NCBI GenBank assembly: GCA_963794945.1
Contig: CAWCFT010000004.1
Location: 192,001-256,000 of the forward strand
Direction of reading: 5' to 3'
Origin: Endomicrobiales bacterium
Lineage (GTDB): Bacteria; Elusimicrobiota; Endomicrobiia; Endomicrobiales; CAWCFT01
DNA length: 64,000 nucleotides
Shown here: positions 51,113-61,970 of the stretch, piece by piece
How the letters are laid out: every line of letters begins with the position of its first letter
Position numbering within the stretch: the stretch's first letter is position 1
Program-made: the position numbers and the translations under genes
Notes under the pieces: model-generated
What the model was told of the DNA's origin: nothing
Seen by the model: the letters and a program-made list of their open reading frames with translations, nothing else
The model's database searches: none

Positions 51113-52431
51113 CTATTGAGCCGGCGGTAATTCCCGCGTAGCCTGCTGGTTAAGCAGTGCTCCGAAACCGGAATTTTGATCGGACAAGCTGAGCTCTATC
51201 TTTACTTGTTCCAGGATAACCTGCGCGTCCATGTTTTCCCTGTCCATTTCCAGCGCGGAGAACAAGTCTTCCTGGGCTTTTCTATATCTTTCATTCCTTA
51301 CGTCCTTTATAGCCATCTTCACATAGTCTTCTGACCTTTGCTTATTTCCAGGGTCGGATGTGTGTGCTATAGCGTACCCCAAAAAATTCGCCATTTCCGC
51401 ATAACCAGGCTGCAGAGCCCTGAACACTTCCGCGGAACTCTCAAAATCTTCGTTTAAAAAATAATTGATCGCCTTCTTAAATTTCTTGCCGTCTTTCTTA
51501 CCCATTGACTTAATGATATCTTGATTCATATTCTGTATGTTCACGAACAAATTTTTAGCTTTTCCCAGGTTAGGGTTAAGCTTGAGAGCTTTATACATCA
51601 ACAGCAAGGCGTCAAGGGTATCTCCATCTTTGAAATAATTTGCCCCCTTAAAATAGCATTGCTCCGAGAAATCTCTCTTCGCCTCAACCATTTTTTCTTT
51701 TATCAGAGTGATCTTGTTCCTGAAATTCTGCGCTTCGCTGTTCATCGGCTCAAGCCCGAGCGCCAGGTTTATTTTTTTCTCTGCGCCCTTAATATCTCCT
51801 TCCACATAACTTGCTTTTGAATCTTCAATATAACGATCGGCTTTACTTTTTACTCTTTTGGGCGGTTTTTTCAGCGTTTCATTCATTTCATTTAAAGATT
51901 GTTTCTGAAATTGCGGCGCCGTGGGCTGCCCCCCGCAGAAGCCAGTGGCACTATAACTGGTTCTTCGGAAGCGGGCACGGCTGCCTCAGTTTTCACTGCA
52001 TCCTGTTTCGGTTTTGTCGAAACCATCAAAGGAGTTCCAGCGCCGGGAACGGGGGCCATAGCTTTAGCCGGCGTTGCTGTGGAGACTTCAGTTGCTTTCT
52101 TTTTCGTAGAGAACAATCCCCATAAAAATGGTTTCTTTTCTTTTGGCTTTATATCTTTGTTTTGATCCGCGGCATCTTTAGGCGGGTTTGGATGTTTTTT
52201 TCTGAAAAGTTTGTTATCGTGAGACGATTCGGTACTTTCAGTTTTTATGGCTCCCTGCTGAGTTTGTGCAGGCACAGTGGAGACATCTGGAACTACCGTT
52301 GTAAGGGAAGAGCTTGCATTTTTGGCGCCGGTGTTAGAAGAACCTGCAGTATCATCGGCTATCGCACCGGCAGTCAATAAAAAACAAACTGCCGCAAATC
52401 CGAACAACACGCTTAAAATTCTTTTTTTCAT
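51113..52431 (-). CDS. Secreted TPR protein; ORFs 51892..52443 and 51113..51886 are probably one gene split at the C6 run near 51930
   Basis: Signal peptide and low-complexity N-half. An alternate frame QPTAPQFQKQSLNEMNETLK runs into the TPR ORF. Confidence 0.7.
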
Positions 52432-52493
52432 TAAACACCTCATTGCTGAATTATTAATACCAAAAAATACAAGATATTTCGATTGTATACTGC

Positions 52494-53060
52494 CTAATCT
52501 ATATCCCAGAAATACTTCTTGAATAGTTTAAATAGTGTTATGATCGGCTTTAAAAAACCCAGCCGGGAAAGAAAGCTTGGGTTAGCTGTTTCCTGCGAGG
52601 CCACTACTACTACCATGTCGTCGCTATCGCTCGCCTGAACAATTTTCAAGATATCCGGAAGTTTTTCCTTGCCTTTTTTAAGGTCTTCACGTTCCAACAT
52701 TATGTTCCCGATATTTTTACGAAGTTCGTCAATATTTACGGGCTTGACAATAAAATCGTGGGCGCCAATGCGCATGGATTCCACGGCAATCTCGAGTGAA
52801 CTTAACTCTGTTATAATAACTGGCACCGATTCTTTTGATAGACTTACGGCCTGTTTTATAAATTCAATACCGTTCATATCTGGCAGTTTATAATCCGCGA
52901 GAAAAATATCAAAAAACTGTCGTTTTATCATATCAAGAGCTACTGCTCCGCTTACCGAAATGGAAATGGCATAACCATCCTCTTCTAGGGCGCTTTTGAG
53001 CTCCTGTCTCTCTGGTCCGTCTTCCTGAACAATAATGATCTTTGTCTTAGAATATTCCAT
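52494..53060 (-). CDS. Response regulator receiver protein with no recognisable output domain
   Basis: FDIFLADYKLPDMNG, GAHDFIVKP; acidic pocket reads QED. Confidence 0.85.
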   Translation of the reverse strand: MEYSKTKIIIVQEDGPERQELKSALEEDGYAISISVSGAVALDMIKRQFFDIFLADYKLPDMNGIEFIKQAVSLSKESVPVIITELSSLEIAVESMRIGAHDFIVKPVNIDELRKNIGNIMLEREDLKKGKEKLPDILKIVQASDSDDMVVVVASQETANPSFLSRLGFLKPIITLFKLFKKYFWDID

Positions 53061-54391
53061 TATTTCAATATTTTGGCCGTTATGATAACTGTGAGCTCGG
53101 TTCTGATCTTCTCTTTATCGGATCTTTTGAAAAGGTTCCCAAGAATTGGAATATCTCCAAGCAGCGGCACCTTGTATTCCGTGTTTGTATCTTCCTCTTT
53201 CACAAGCCCGCCGATTACCGCTGTTTCCCCGTTCTCCATCATGAACGTTGTGTCCGTCTTGCTTGTATATACAGTTGGAGTGCCGTCGCTGGCGATGCTC
53301 ACTATTGAACTCTGTTCGGGCGAAATGTCAAGGATTATTGTGCCGTCCCTGTTTATTTGAGGCCTTACTTTTAGTTTTATTCCCACTTCCTTGAAGGCTA
53401 CGACCGAGCTTACTATTCCCGTACCAATACCGGTGGTGCTCTGAGACGCGTAAGGCACTTCCTCTATTATATTTATGGTCGCTTCTTTGTTATTGATAAC
53501 GACGAGTCTCGGGTTAGTAAGTATCTTGGCGTTTGTATCTGTCTGGAGCGCTTCGATATACGCCTGAACGTTCATGTCACCGCTAAGTAACGCAACCCTT
53601 AAACCGCTTCCCGGCGTGCCGGCGTTGAGAAATCCTGGGGAAAATGACTGTGTGTAACCCACCTGTGGCTGAGCGCTCGTGACCGTTGTAGCTGCACTCC
53701 CCTGCAGACTGCTCGTAAGGCTCAATGGACTTGTGTAGGTCTGATTAGTCCTGTACAAAGTTGTGTCAACACCGATTTGAGTATGGTTGTCTATCTTTAC
53801 GTCTATTATTTTGGCCTCCAACAATACCTGGAGCGGCGGGACATCCAGCGCCTTGATCAACTGGTCTATTTCATCGATATTGTTAGCCGTGTCATTCACT
53901 ATAATTGCATTGCTCTTTTCGGCTGAAGATATCGTACCGTTCTTGGAAAGCTTGGTTTTCAGCACCGGTTCAAGTTCTTTTGCTGTTGGGAAATTGAGGA
54001 AAAATACCTTCGAAACCGTCGTGACCACTGTATCGGTCTTGCTTTTTATCACATATATATTCGTTTCACCCTGCCGCACATAATAGAGATTGTAAGTGTC
54101 CAACAGCGCGTTTATGGCTTCCTCCGGCGTTACTTCTTTTAACGACAGAACTATCCTTCTTTTCGCAAGATCACTGTCGGTTATAAATTTATAACCTGTC
54201 TTCAAGCTCAAGACACTGATGACTGTGCTTAAAGGCGTATCAGGGAAATCTAGTGAAATAAGCCTTTTCTGGCTTTCGTCTAATACCGTCGCGTTCGCGT
54301 ACACAATATTGGCCAAGAACAGCGCACAAAACAACAAACCCAATGACCTTTTCACGTAAACCTCCATTTTACCACTATTTTTTAAGTTCAT
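53060..54391 (-). CDS. pilQ: Secretin (PilQ/GspD family)
   Basis: ISLDF, SNAIIVND, LDVPPLQVLLEAKI, VGIKLKVRPQI, KVPLLGDIPILGNLFK. Confidence 0.88.
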   Translation of the reverse strand: MNLKNSGKMEVYVKRSLGLLFCALFLANIVYANATVLDESQKRLISLDFPDTPLSTVISVLSLKTGYKFITDSDLAKRRIVLSLKEVTPEEAINALLDTYNLYYVRQGETNIYVIKSKTDTVVTTVSKVFFLNFPTAKELEPVLKTKLSKNGTISSAEKSNAIIVNDTANNIDEIDQLIKALDVPPLQVLLEAKIIDVKIDNHTQIGVDTTLYRTNQTYTSPLSLTSSLQGSAATTVTSAQPQVGYTQSFSPGFLNAGTPGSGLRVALLSGDMNVQAYIEALQTDTNAKILTNPRLVVINNKEATINIIEEVPYASQSTTGIGTGIVSSVVAFKEVGIKLKVRPQINRDGTIILDISPEQSSIVSIASDGTPTVYTSKTDTTFMMENGETAVIGGLVKEEDTNTEYKVPLLGDIPILGNLFKRSDKEKIRTELTVIITAKILK

Positions 54392-55322
54392 AAGTCCGCC
54401 CCTTCCAGGTTACCGAAACACTATCCTTATTTATTTTTTCTATGGTGACATCGTTGCACTCTTCTTTTTCTTTGAAAGCCTTGCCTTCAATAACAACGAC
54501 CGGGGTCGAAGGATCCCAGAAAATACTGTCTATCATAATAGGAGGCATATTCGGCGCCGGTTTTGGCTTGGTAGGCTTATTTACCTCCGGTTTTCTCACT
54601 TCCACAGCTTTCTCCGGTATAAATATCGTTTGCAAATACGCCATAGGATCCCTGTCCGATGTTATCTGCGCCGAACTCGCGTCATTCTGTTTTGTTTCTA
54701 TTTCCCTTCTCACCTCGGAAGCGTCGTTGTAAAGGTCAAAAATATCCTTCCCAGCGAGCGGCGGCATTTGTACCGATCCTGAAGTATCCGGCGATATCGC
54801 GGATATCCTGACAGTAGCCTTGCTCTCCCCCCGGTCTTCGCCGCTCGTGATCTGAAGGGTCTCCACCTTAAAGTCTTTTTCAAGCAGCGTAAAGAATGTG
54901 CATATATCCCTGTAATCAGACGTAAAACTTATATCCAAGTATTTTCTCCCTCCTGCGTCTATGGGCGCGATCTTATCGAGCTTGACCTTTGACTCAACAA
55001 ACATCGCGCTTATCTGGTCAAGATATGTGTTCTGGGATTTCTGCCCGCCGGCCATCAAATTCGCATATTCGGGCAGAAGACCGTCGATATTGTCTCCCGC
55101 CTGCAGCAAAGTGTTCTTAAATACCCCAAAATTCTCGTACTTGGCATGCTTCTCGCCCGCGGTAATGATACCTGTTGATATAACATTCAATTTTTTTGTG
55201 TAATTAGCCACGGTGAAGTAGTAATAGATCGTAAGGCCCAGGGCTATAGCAACGGCGTATCCGGCAAGCTTTAGCCATATGCCTGCCGACGCGTCTATTT
55301 TAAGTGATCTTAAATTATTCAT
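54375..55322 (-). CDS. PilO-like protein, possibly fused to a PilP-like C-terminal domain
   Basis: N-terminal TM, ferredoxin-like middle, RDP motif, Pro-rich linker and beta-rich tail; position after pilN. Confidence 0.6.
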   Translation of the reverse strand: MNNLRSLKIDASAGIWLKLAGYAVAIALGLTIYYYFTVANYTKKLNVISTGIITAGEKHAKYENFGVFKNTLLQAGDNIDGLLPEYANLMAGGQKSQNTYLDQISAMFVESKVKLDKIAPIDAGGRKYLDISFTSDYRDICTFFTLLEKDFKVETLQITSGEDRGESKATVRISAISPDTSGSVQMPPLAGKDIFDLYNDASEVRREIETKQNDASSAQITSDRDPMAYLQTIFIPEKAVEVRKPEVNKPTKPKPAPNMPPIMIDSIFWDPSTPVVVIEGKAFKEKEECNDVTIEKINKDSVSVTWKGRTYELKK

Positions 55323-55909
55323 TTTTTCACTTCACTTAATGGAAGTACTATCTTGAATATCTCGACATCATTTTTATTTAAATGCTTCCTTTCATGCGAC
55401 TCCAGCTTCACGCCTTTTCCTATATACTTGTCATTTTCAAGGCTGGCTATAAAATTATCGACGTCCTTGAACCCCTTCTGTTCATTCGGGATGGTTATTA
55501 TCTCAATGAAAAAATTCTTTTTGTTCTGGTCCATTTCGACCACTACCCTGTCCAAACACATGCCTGGCGGCAGCAGGTTTGAAAATTCCTTTAGTCTCGC
55601 GCTCCAGGTGCTGCGCGCGTTCACCAGCGCATAAACTGACCTAAGCTTTCCGCAGTACTCCACCCATACTTTCTCCATGTCTTCCATACCGTACATTCTT
55701 CTTTTTTCTTGTATTGATGCCTCAATGGAAGAAAGATCTTTCCGGGCAACCGACAGTTTCTTTGTCAAGTTATAAAAATTATAACTGATGCCCATAAAAA
55801 CCAGTATCGCGGCAAAGTACAGGATCCTTGAATACCTCGAATATAGCCTTCGGGTTTCAATGAATTTTATTTTGCTCTTAATGAGGTTAAGTTCTAGGAT
55901 TTTTGCCAT
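55319..55909 (-). CDS. PilN-like assembly protein
   Basis: ELNLI N-terminal motif, TM, coiled coil, LLPPGMCL. Confidence 0.7.
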   Translation of the reverse strand: MAKILELNLIKSKIKFIETRRLYSRYSRILYFAAILVFMGISYNFYNLTKKLSVARKDLSSIEASIQEKRRMYGMEDMEKVWVEYCGKLRSVYALVNARSTWSARLKEFSNLLPPGMCLDRVVVEMDQNKKNFFIEIITIPNEQKGFKDVDNFIASLENDKYIGKGVKLESHERKHLNKNDVEIFKIVLPLSEVKK

Positions 55910-56898
55910 TCTCTTACCGCAAGGCCAAGCGCGACGCTCAGCGAACTTCCGAATTCTTTCTTAGCGCCTTCACCGGATTCAACATGGTCCAGCGGGTTCC
56001 ATTTAGCTGACACTATCCCCAGCGCTTCTGACATAAAATTATCTATGCCTTCGACATCCGATGTGCCGCCCGTGATCAATATCTTATCAACATTGATTAT
56101 TCTTTTTCTTCCTATACAGTATTCCATCGATCTGTAAACCGCTTCAAGCAGGTCCGGCATGCTTTTTCTCAGCACGTTCTTGATATTGAGGCCAAGTTCT
56201 TTCCAAAGGTCAGGGCGTTTTTTTATTTCCTCAGCGGAGTCTGCCGGGATACCGTAAATATCCGCGATCTCCGCCGTTATATTGGCGCCGCCAAAATTTA
56301 CGTTCCTTATGAAACGCAGCGATCCGGAGTCAATTACGGATATGTTCGTGAAAGTGTGCCCGATGTTCAAAAGCACTGCAGTCTGGCTGGATGCGCTCTT
56401 GTCAAGAGCTATGTAGCAGTTCGCCGCGGCAAAATTGTCGATATCAATTAGCTCGATATTCAACCCCGAATGCTCTATGACCGAGACCTGCCTGTCTACC
56501 AACACAGAAGGCACGGCGATGAATAATATATCTTTCTTGCCCTTTTCTATTGTTGCGAGCTCCTGGTAATCGGAATACATGGTGGCTATATCAGCGGACA
56601 CCGACTGCCTGGCTTCAATAAGCACAGCGCCTTCCATCTCTTCGTCGCCTAGCGGCGCGATCTCGAAATTCCTCGCTATTATCTGGCTGCCCCCTATTGA
56701 AGAAGCGGCTCTCTTATCAAGCGGAAAGCTCTCTTTTGCCATAGCCCTCAGCTTCGATGAAATCAGGGCTTCATGTCTTTCGCCGGCCCCCTGTACGGGG
56801 TTTAGCCTCATGACGGCAGAGCGGATATTGTAATTCCCTCCGTTCTTTTCGAGGCTGGCAAGTTTAATGTATTTCGTTCCTATATCTATGCCAATCAC
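55894..56898 (-). CDS. pilM: Type IV pilus assembly protein PilM
   Basis: IGIDIG, LNIG, ITGG, VALGLAVR actin-like fold. Confidence 0.9.
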   Translation of the reverse strand: MIGIDIGTKYIKLASLEKNGGNYNIRSAVMRLNPVQGAGERHEALISSKLRAMAKESFPLDKRAASSIGGSQIIARNFEIAPLGDEEMEGAVLIEARQSVSADIATMYSDYQELATIEKGKKDILFIAVPSVLVDRQVSVIEHSGLNIELIDIDNFAAANCYIALDKSASSQTAVLLNIGHTFTNISVIDSGSLRFIRNVNFGGANITAEIADIYGIPADSAEEIKKRPDLWKELGLNIKNVLRKSMPDLLEAVYRSMEYCIGRKRIINVDKILITGGTSDVEGIDNFMSEALGIVSAKWNPLDHVESGEGAKKEFGSSLSVALGLAVREWQKS

Positions 56899-57479
56899 TG
56901 TATTATCCTCTTTACCGGCCTTTCATAATATGAATTCTGTATAACCCTGTACGTAAAACTTGAACCGATTGTTGACCAAACGCTGGCCGCAGCCGAGCTT
57001 ACACAAACTATCTCTGTGATATTCTTTGTCGTAACGAATGTTGAACCAGGGTTTACTCCCACGGTCATAATACCGGAAGAACTTATGCAGTAGTAACCGT
57101 AGGAGCTAAAACCAAAGTCCCGCGGTTTTACAGTACTGACATTTGGGTTTTGGGATGGCACTATTTGAACAGCTATCTGAGCTGTCATGCCGCCGGCACC
57201 AGGATAAGTTATGGTTTGAGGAGCAAATGGGCTCCAAGCCCCCCTGCCATTCCCATGCACATCCCATTCAGGAAATTCTTGTGCGTTCACAAGCCACCCT
57301 TTCATCATATCTATACCACCATCCGCTTGATAGTACGCCCTTGAATTTATCAGCTCTGTCCTTGAAGCCAGCGCTTCCATTCCGAATATGTATATTACCG
57401 CAAGGCCAACGGTTGTAAGAATCATCAAGAATATTAGTACCAGTAACAGTACCGCTCCGCCCGGGCCTTTTTTTTTCAT
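56895..57479 (-). CDS. PilX-like minor pilin
   Basis: KKKGPGGAVLLLVL without Glu5; AYYQADGG. Confidence 0.7.
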   Translation of the reverse strand: MKKKGPGGAVLLLVLIFLMILTTVGLAVIYIFGMEALASRTELINSRAYYQADGGIDMMKGWLVNAQEFPEWDVHGNGRGAWSPFAPQTITYPGAGGMTAQIAVQIVPSQNPNVSTVKPRDFGFSSYGYYCISSSGIMTVGVNPGSTFVTTKNITEIVCVSSAAASVWSTIGSSFTYRVIQNSYYERPVKRIIQ

Positions 57480-58100
57480 TATTTGAGGTTCCTGGTCTTG
57501 ATATTGAATGTTGTTGTCGATATCATCACCTGTGACGTGTCGCCGTTCAGCAGTTGTTTTGACTGTACTATGTCGATCTGGACGTTCGTTGTCGGGTTCG
57601 AATCTATCGCCGTTATATACATGCTTTGCACGTTCTGCAGTAATATTAGTGTAGTTGGAGGATTATGTGTATATGTAGTGTTCCCCGAGCTCGGGTCAGT
57701 GTACGCGTACCAATAATCATAAAGCACCTCGCTATCGTTGTTGTCCATGCGGTACCGGTTAAGCTTATAAACGTCGCCGTTATTCCTGTCTATCTCGTTG
57801 AACATCATGCTTTGCTTGTCAGAACGATATTTCAAACGGCTCTGGAGACATAGTGAATGGTTCACCCGAGCCAGTGAACGTTGCCGGCATCGTTATCGCG
57901 CTCCGGATATGATATTCCATATTCTTCTTTGCCGCCCTCGAGCCCTGCAGGACCTGCGCCATATGGGACGCCTTCACCCACGATTGGTTCGCGTATATTA
58001 TTATCATCGCTATAGTGATGAACAAGATGGAGCTTATTATCATAGTGATGATAAGCTCGACAAGGCTTAATCCTGCTTGGTCCCATTTATTTTTACCCAT
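57479..58100 (-). CDS. PilW-like minor pilin; frameshift near 57850
   Basis: AG|LSLVELII prepilin motif in 57819..58100; C-half in 57479..57865. Confidence 0.72.
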
Positions 58101-58113
58101 TTTATTACCACGC

Positions 58114-58536
58114 TTAGGATTGCCACGGCGGACCTGGAAATTTATATGAAACTATTGTCACGAGACTGACGCTCTTCTGCGCCCCGCCCGCGCTTGGCGA
58201 GTTCCATGTCACTAAGGTTACTACCTGTTCACACCCGCTAAGCGCACCCGGTAAAACCGTCACAGTGTGGGAAAGATTAAACGCAACATTGCTGTTTGAG
58301 TACTGATACTGGGGAGGCGCGGTGTAATTCACGGCCCCGTCCGGTCCATATCCGCCTTGAATTTTCACCTGTTCCATATCGTCTTCGGCCAACTGAAGGG
58401 CGAAATTAGTCTCATCAGCCCCAGATAGCGGTTTTTTCCCCATGCTGAAAAAAGTAAGCCCGCCGACCATTGCCACTGCGAAAATGATCGAGGCCACCAT
58501 CACTTCAACTAGCGTTGTGCCCTTATTGTTATTCAT
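58114..58536 (-). CDS. PilV-like minor pilin
   Basis: KG|TTLVEVMVA. Confidence 0.78.
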   Translation of the reverse strand: MNNNKGTTLVEVMVASIIFAVAMVGGLTFFSMGKKPLSGADETNFALQLAEDDMEQVKIQGGYGPDGAVNYTAPPQYQYSNSNVAFNLSHTVTVLPGALSGCEQVVTLVTWNSPSAGGAQKSVSLVTIVSYKFPGPPWQS

Positions 58537-58550
58537 ATTAAATCTCAGCA

Positions 58551-58577
58551 CCGCATCCCGCCGGAAGCGAGATGCGG
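58551..58577. terminator. GC-rich hairpin between the pilin pair and the minor pilin genes
   Basis: CCGCATCCCGC-CGGAA-GCGAGATGCGG; no U-tract. Confidence 0.45.
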
Positions 58578-58617
58578 CATAAGATACTGCAAGGGTTTAC
58601 CATGACAAGCTGGTTTG

Positions 58618-59019
58618 TTATAAACCTGCCGGGTTTGTCGTAACGGTGTCTGGTGCTCCATCTGTATGAGCCAGTGTGACCAATATTACAGGTGTAGCCG
58701 CAGCGTTGCCATTGACCATTACTGTGTAGGTGTTCGCGGCCAGGTTACTAATTGTTATAGTCGGGAAATACCTGCTTTCATTAACAGAAGTAAGCACGTC
58801 AGCGGCGGTCCATCCAACATAGGTGCCGTTCGCCGCAGAATACATCTTTGCGGAGACAAACAAAGTATGGCAAAGCTCTTTGCCTTCCGAAGCTTTCGCC
58901 CTATTTGTGTAACTCGTGTAAAGTGGCAAGGATATCGCGGCAAGAATACCGATAATAACCACAACGACCATCAGCTCGACAAGCGTAAAACCTTTTACGG
59001 ACTTAAGCATCTTTTCCAT
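58618..59019 (-). CDS. Type IVa pilin
   Basis: [35 protein letters not shown]. Confidence 0.92.
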   Translation of the reverse strand: MEKMLKSVKGFTLVELMVVVVIIGILAAISLPLYTSYTNRAKASEGKELCHTLFVSAKMYSAANGTYVGWTAADVLTSVNESRYFPTITISNLAANTYTVMVNGNAAATPVILVTLAHTDGAPDTVTTNPAGL

Positions 59020-59120
59020 TTTGCCTCCTCTTCCCTTATATTTTTGATCGCATTCCAAAATTTTGCTTTATTACGTTAAAAACCACCCCCCCCAAAAAAA
59101 ATTGATTCCTTTTTTACTAC

Positions 59121-59522
59121 TCACAGATTTACCGGAGTAGTAACACCGTTTACCGTCATAGTTTCAGTGGGAGACGCGTTAGCGGGCTGAGTATAAGTTA
59201 TCGTTATTGTTGTGCCATTGAAAACGGCCGTGGTAGAAACCGAGAAAGTTGTCGCAGTAAGGGTCGGCGTTGTAAAACTTGTGAAATGGGCGTTCTGCGC
59301 TGCGTTAACTACAGTGGGGTCAAAACCAATATATGTGCCGTTATCCGCGTAAAACATCTTTAGCGCGGTTGCAACCGAGCTTACAAGGGCTTTGCCTTCG
59401 GCCGCGTCCGCCTGTTGAACGTAACCATTATAGATCGGTATAGATATCGCGGCAAGTATCCCTATGATAACAACGGTGACCATCAGCTCAACAAGAGTAA
59501 AACCTTTTGAAGATTTAAACAT
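59121..59522 (-). CDS. Type IVa pilin
   Basis: [26 protein letters not shown]; Thr-rich C-half. Confidence 0.92.
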   Translation of the reverse strand: MFKSSKGFTLVELMVTVVIIGILAAISIPIYNGYVQQADAAEGKALVSSVATALKMFYADNGTYIGFDPTVVNAAQNAHFTSFTTPTLTATTFSVSTTAVFNGTTITITYTQPANASPTETMTVNGVTTPVNL

Positions 59523-59589
59523 TTTCGCTCCCTGCTTTATATTTTTTACCGCTGCTTTGCCTTATTCTAAACAATTTGTCTCGCAAACA

Positions 59590-60813
59590 TTATTTTGACA
59601 TCGCCATGCCCATTTTAAATATCGGCAGGTATAAGGCTACAACCACGACGCCAACGATCCCGCCCAGGCCCACTATCAGCACGGGTTCTATTATTGAACT
59701 CATCGAGTTGACCGCTGCCTCTACTTCATCATTATAATAATCAGAGAGCTTTTCGAACATTTCGTCCAGCTGTCCTGTTTTTTCACCGACAGCCGTCATG
59801 CGCGACACCATCCTGGGGAAAACTTTGATCCTTTCCATTTCATCCGAAATTGTTGACCCCTCGACTACCTTGTTCTTTACCAAAGTTATCTTGCTTTCTA
59901 TATAAACATTATCGGCCACTTTCGCCGCGATCTCCAGGGAACTGACGACGTCATTACCGCTCCTTATAAGCGTGGCGAGCGTCTGGAAGAACCTCGCGTA
60001 CACAACCCTCATCATTATTTTTCCGAATATCGGGACCTTCAAGAGCATAGTATCGAAGATCATCCTTCCGGACTCTGTCTTATAGGCCATCGTTGCCGCA
60101 ACTGCCAATAATCCGCTCCCCGCAACCACTATCGGCAGGTTCTTTAGCGCGATCGTGCTTATCGCCATGACTATCTGCGTAGGCAACGGCAGTTCCGCGC
60201 CGAACGAAGCGAACATCACCTTGAACCTGGGTATCAGAAAAAGCACTATGCCGGCAAGCGCGAGAGTGAAAAATCCCGCGACAAACAGCGGATAAGAGCT
60301 TGCGGACTGTACTTTTCTCTTAAGCTTTACGCTTGCCTCCAGGTACTTGGCGAGGTCCTGAAGTATCCTGCCAAGTTTCCCTGACCGTTCTCCTGCTGCT
60401 ATAAGCGCCACAAAAACCCTGCCGAACGTGCTCTGATATTTTTTCATGGAGTCCGAAAGCGTGCTCCCGCCTCGTATATCCGTCGCGATATTCTTTAGTA
60501 TCTTGGAGAGCCTCATATTGATGGACATTTCCCCCACATCTTCCACGGCATCGACAATAGTGACCCCGGCGTTTATAAGCGTTGAGAACTGCCTGCAGAA
60601 TATAGCCACGTCCTGGCTTTTAATGCCTCCGCTTTTCGCGCCCTGGGGCTTCTTCTCTGCCGCGGCGAATTTTTCTCCTGACTCAACTACGGAAAAGACC
60701 ACAAGGCCTTCGCCGCTAAGCATGGTTATGACCTCTTTGTCGGACGCCGCCGTCCTGGTGCCCTCGATGAGCTCGTTTTTCGCGTTCCTTGCTTTGAAAT
60801 AATATTTAGGCAT
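59590..60813 (-). CDS. pilC: Type IV pilus platform protein (PilC/GspF)
   Basis: FCRQFSTLINAG, AGERSG, SYP, LPLPT, VGEKTG, IEP, LYLPIF. Confidence 0.95.
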   Translation of the reverse strand: MPKYYFKARNAKNELIEGTRTAASDKEVITMLSGEGLVVFSVVESGEKFAAAEKKPQGAKSGGIKSQDVAIFCRQFSTLINAGVTIVDAVEDVGEMSINMRLSKILKNIATDIRGGSTLSDSMKKYQSTFGRVFVALIAAGERSGKLGRILQDLAKYLEASVKLKRKVQSASSYPLFVAGFFTLALAGIVLFLIPRFKVMFASFGAELPLPTQIVMAISTIALKNLPIVVAGSGLLAVAATMAYKTESGRMIFDTMLLKVPIFGKIMMRVVYARFFQTLATLIRSGNDVVSSLEIAAKVADNVYIESKITLVKNKVVEGSTISDEMERIKVFPRMVSRMTAVGEKTGQLDEMFEKLSDYYNDEVEAAVNSMSSIIEPVLIVGLGGIVGVVVVALYLPIFKMGMAMSK

Positions 60814-61888
60814 GGTTTATACCCAGGAGCTTATACAGCTCCTTATCCCTTTTCGTTTTTAACAGCGCGAACTCCTGGTTAACAATTCCTTTTTTCACAA
60901 GCTCAGCCAGCGACTGGCTCATGGTCTGCATACCGTAGTTCGTTCCGATCTGCACATGGGAATATATCTGCTCGACCTTGTTCTCTCTGATAAGGTTTTG
61001 AATAGCCGGTGTTACTACCATGACCTCTGAAGCGAGAATACGGCCGGTCCCATCCAGCCTCGGCATAAGCATCTGGTTGACGACGCCCACAAGTGTTGTG
61101 GAAAGCTGAGCGAGTATCTGCGACAGTTGGTTACCCCCAAAAACGTCTATTATCCTTCTGAGAGATTCGCTCGTGTCGCCCGTATGCAGCGTGGCAAAAA
61201 CAAGATGCCCTGTTTCCGCTATCGTCAGTGCGGACATAATGGTCTCCGTGTCCCTCATCTCGCCGATGATAACTATATCCGGGTCTTCGCGGAGCACGAA
61301 TTTAAGGGCGTCTATGAAGTTGGGAGTGTCATTTCTGACCTCGCGCTGGTGTATGAGGCTCTGGACATTTTTGTGGACGTACTCTATGGGGTCTTCTATG
61401 GAAAGCACGTGGCATCTGCGGTTATTGTTGATATAGTCTACCATTGAGGCAAGGGTTGTGGTTTTTCCGCTGCCGACCGGGCCGCAGATAAGTACGAGCC
61501 CGTGAGGCAGGTTACAGAAACGTTTTATCGGTTCGGGCGGCAGGCCCAGGTTTTCAAGCTCAATTATCTTCATCGGCAGGAGCCTGATCGCGGCAGCTAA
61601 AGTCCCCCTCTGCTGGTAGAGGTTCACCCTGAAACGGCCCAGGCCGGTCTCGCCGAAAGAAAAATCGAGGGTCTTGTCTGCCTCGTAAGTCTTCTTTTCA
61701 TCCGGCGTCAGCAAGCTGTATATGAGGTTATGGCATTCTTCCTGTGAGAAAGGGTTGTAATCCGTTTGTATTATATGCCCGTTGACCCTTATAAACGGAG
61801 GGACACCAACACCTATGTGGAGGTCGGATGCGCCTTGATCAATTACATAACGGAGCATATCAACGAATTTATCGCGCCAGAAATCCAT
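60806..61888 (-). CDS. pilT: Twitching-motility retraction ATPase
   Basis: ASDLH, GPVGSGKTTT, EDPIE, LREDPD, AETGHLVFATLHT, AIQNLIRE, GMQT. Confidence 0.95.
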   Translation of the reverse strand: MDFWRDKFVDMLRYVIDQGASDLHIGVGVPPFIRVNGHIIQTDYNPFSQEECHNLIYSLLTPDEKKTYEADKTLDFSFGETGLGRFRVNLYQQRGTLAAAIRLLPMKIIELENLGLPPEPIKRFCNLPHGLVLICGPVGSGKTTTLASMVDYINNNRRCHVLSIEDPIEYVHKNVQSLIHQREVRNDTPNFIDALKFVLREDPDIVIIGEMRDTETIMSALTIAETGHLVFATLHTGDTSESLRRIIDVFGGNQLSQILAQLSTTLVGVVNQMLMPRLDGTGRILASEVMVVTPAIQNLIRENKVEQIYSHVQIGTNYGMQTMSQSLAELVKKGIVNQEFALLKTKRDKELYKLLGINHA

Positions 61889-61970
61889 AAACTCATTCCT
61901 TAAAAAATCTATTCGCCCAAAATTTTAGAACTTCGTTCGATCCGCATAACAGTTCAACTATTCGGCCTGT

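Noticed and set aside
59083..59101. C8/A8 tract between the pilin genes as a phase-variation or G4 switch
   Set aside because: Tract is short, lacks four GGG runs, is not in a clear promoter spacer, and homopolymer lengths are unreliable here.
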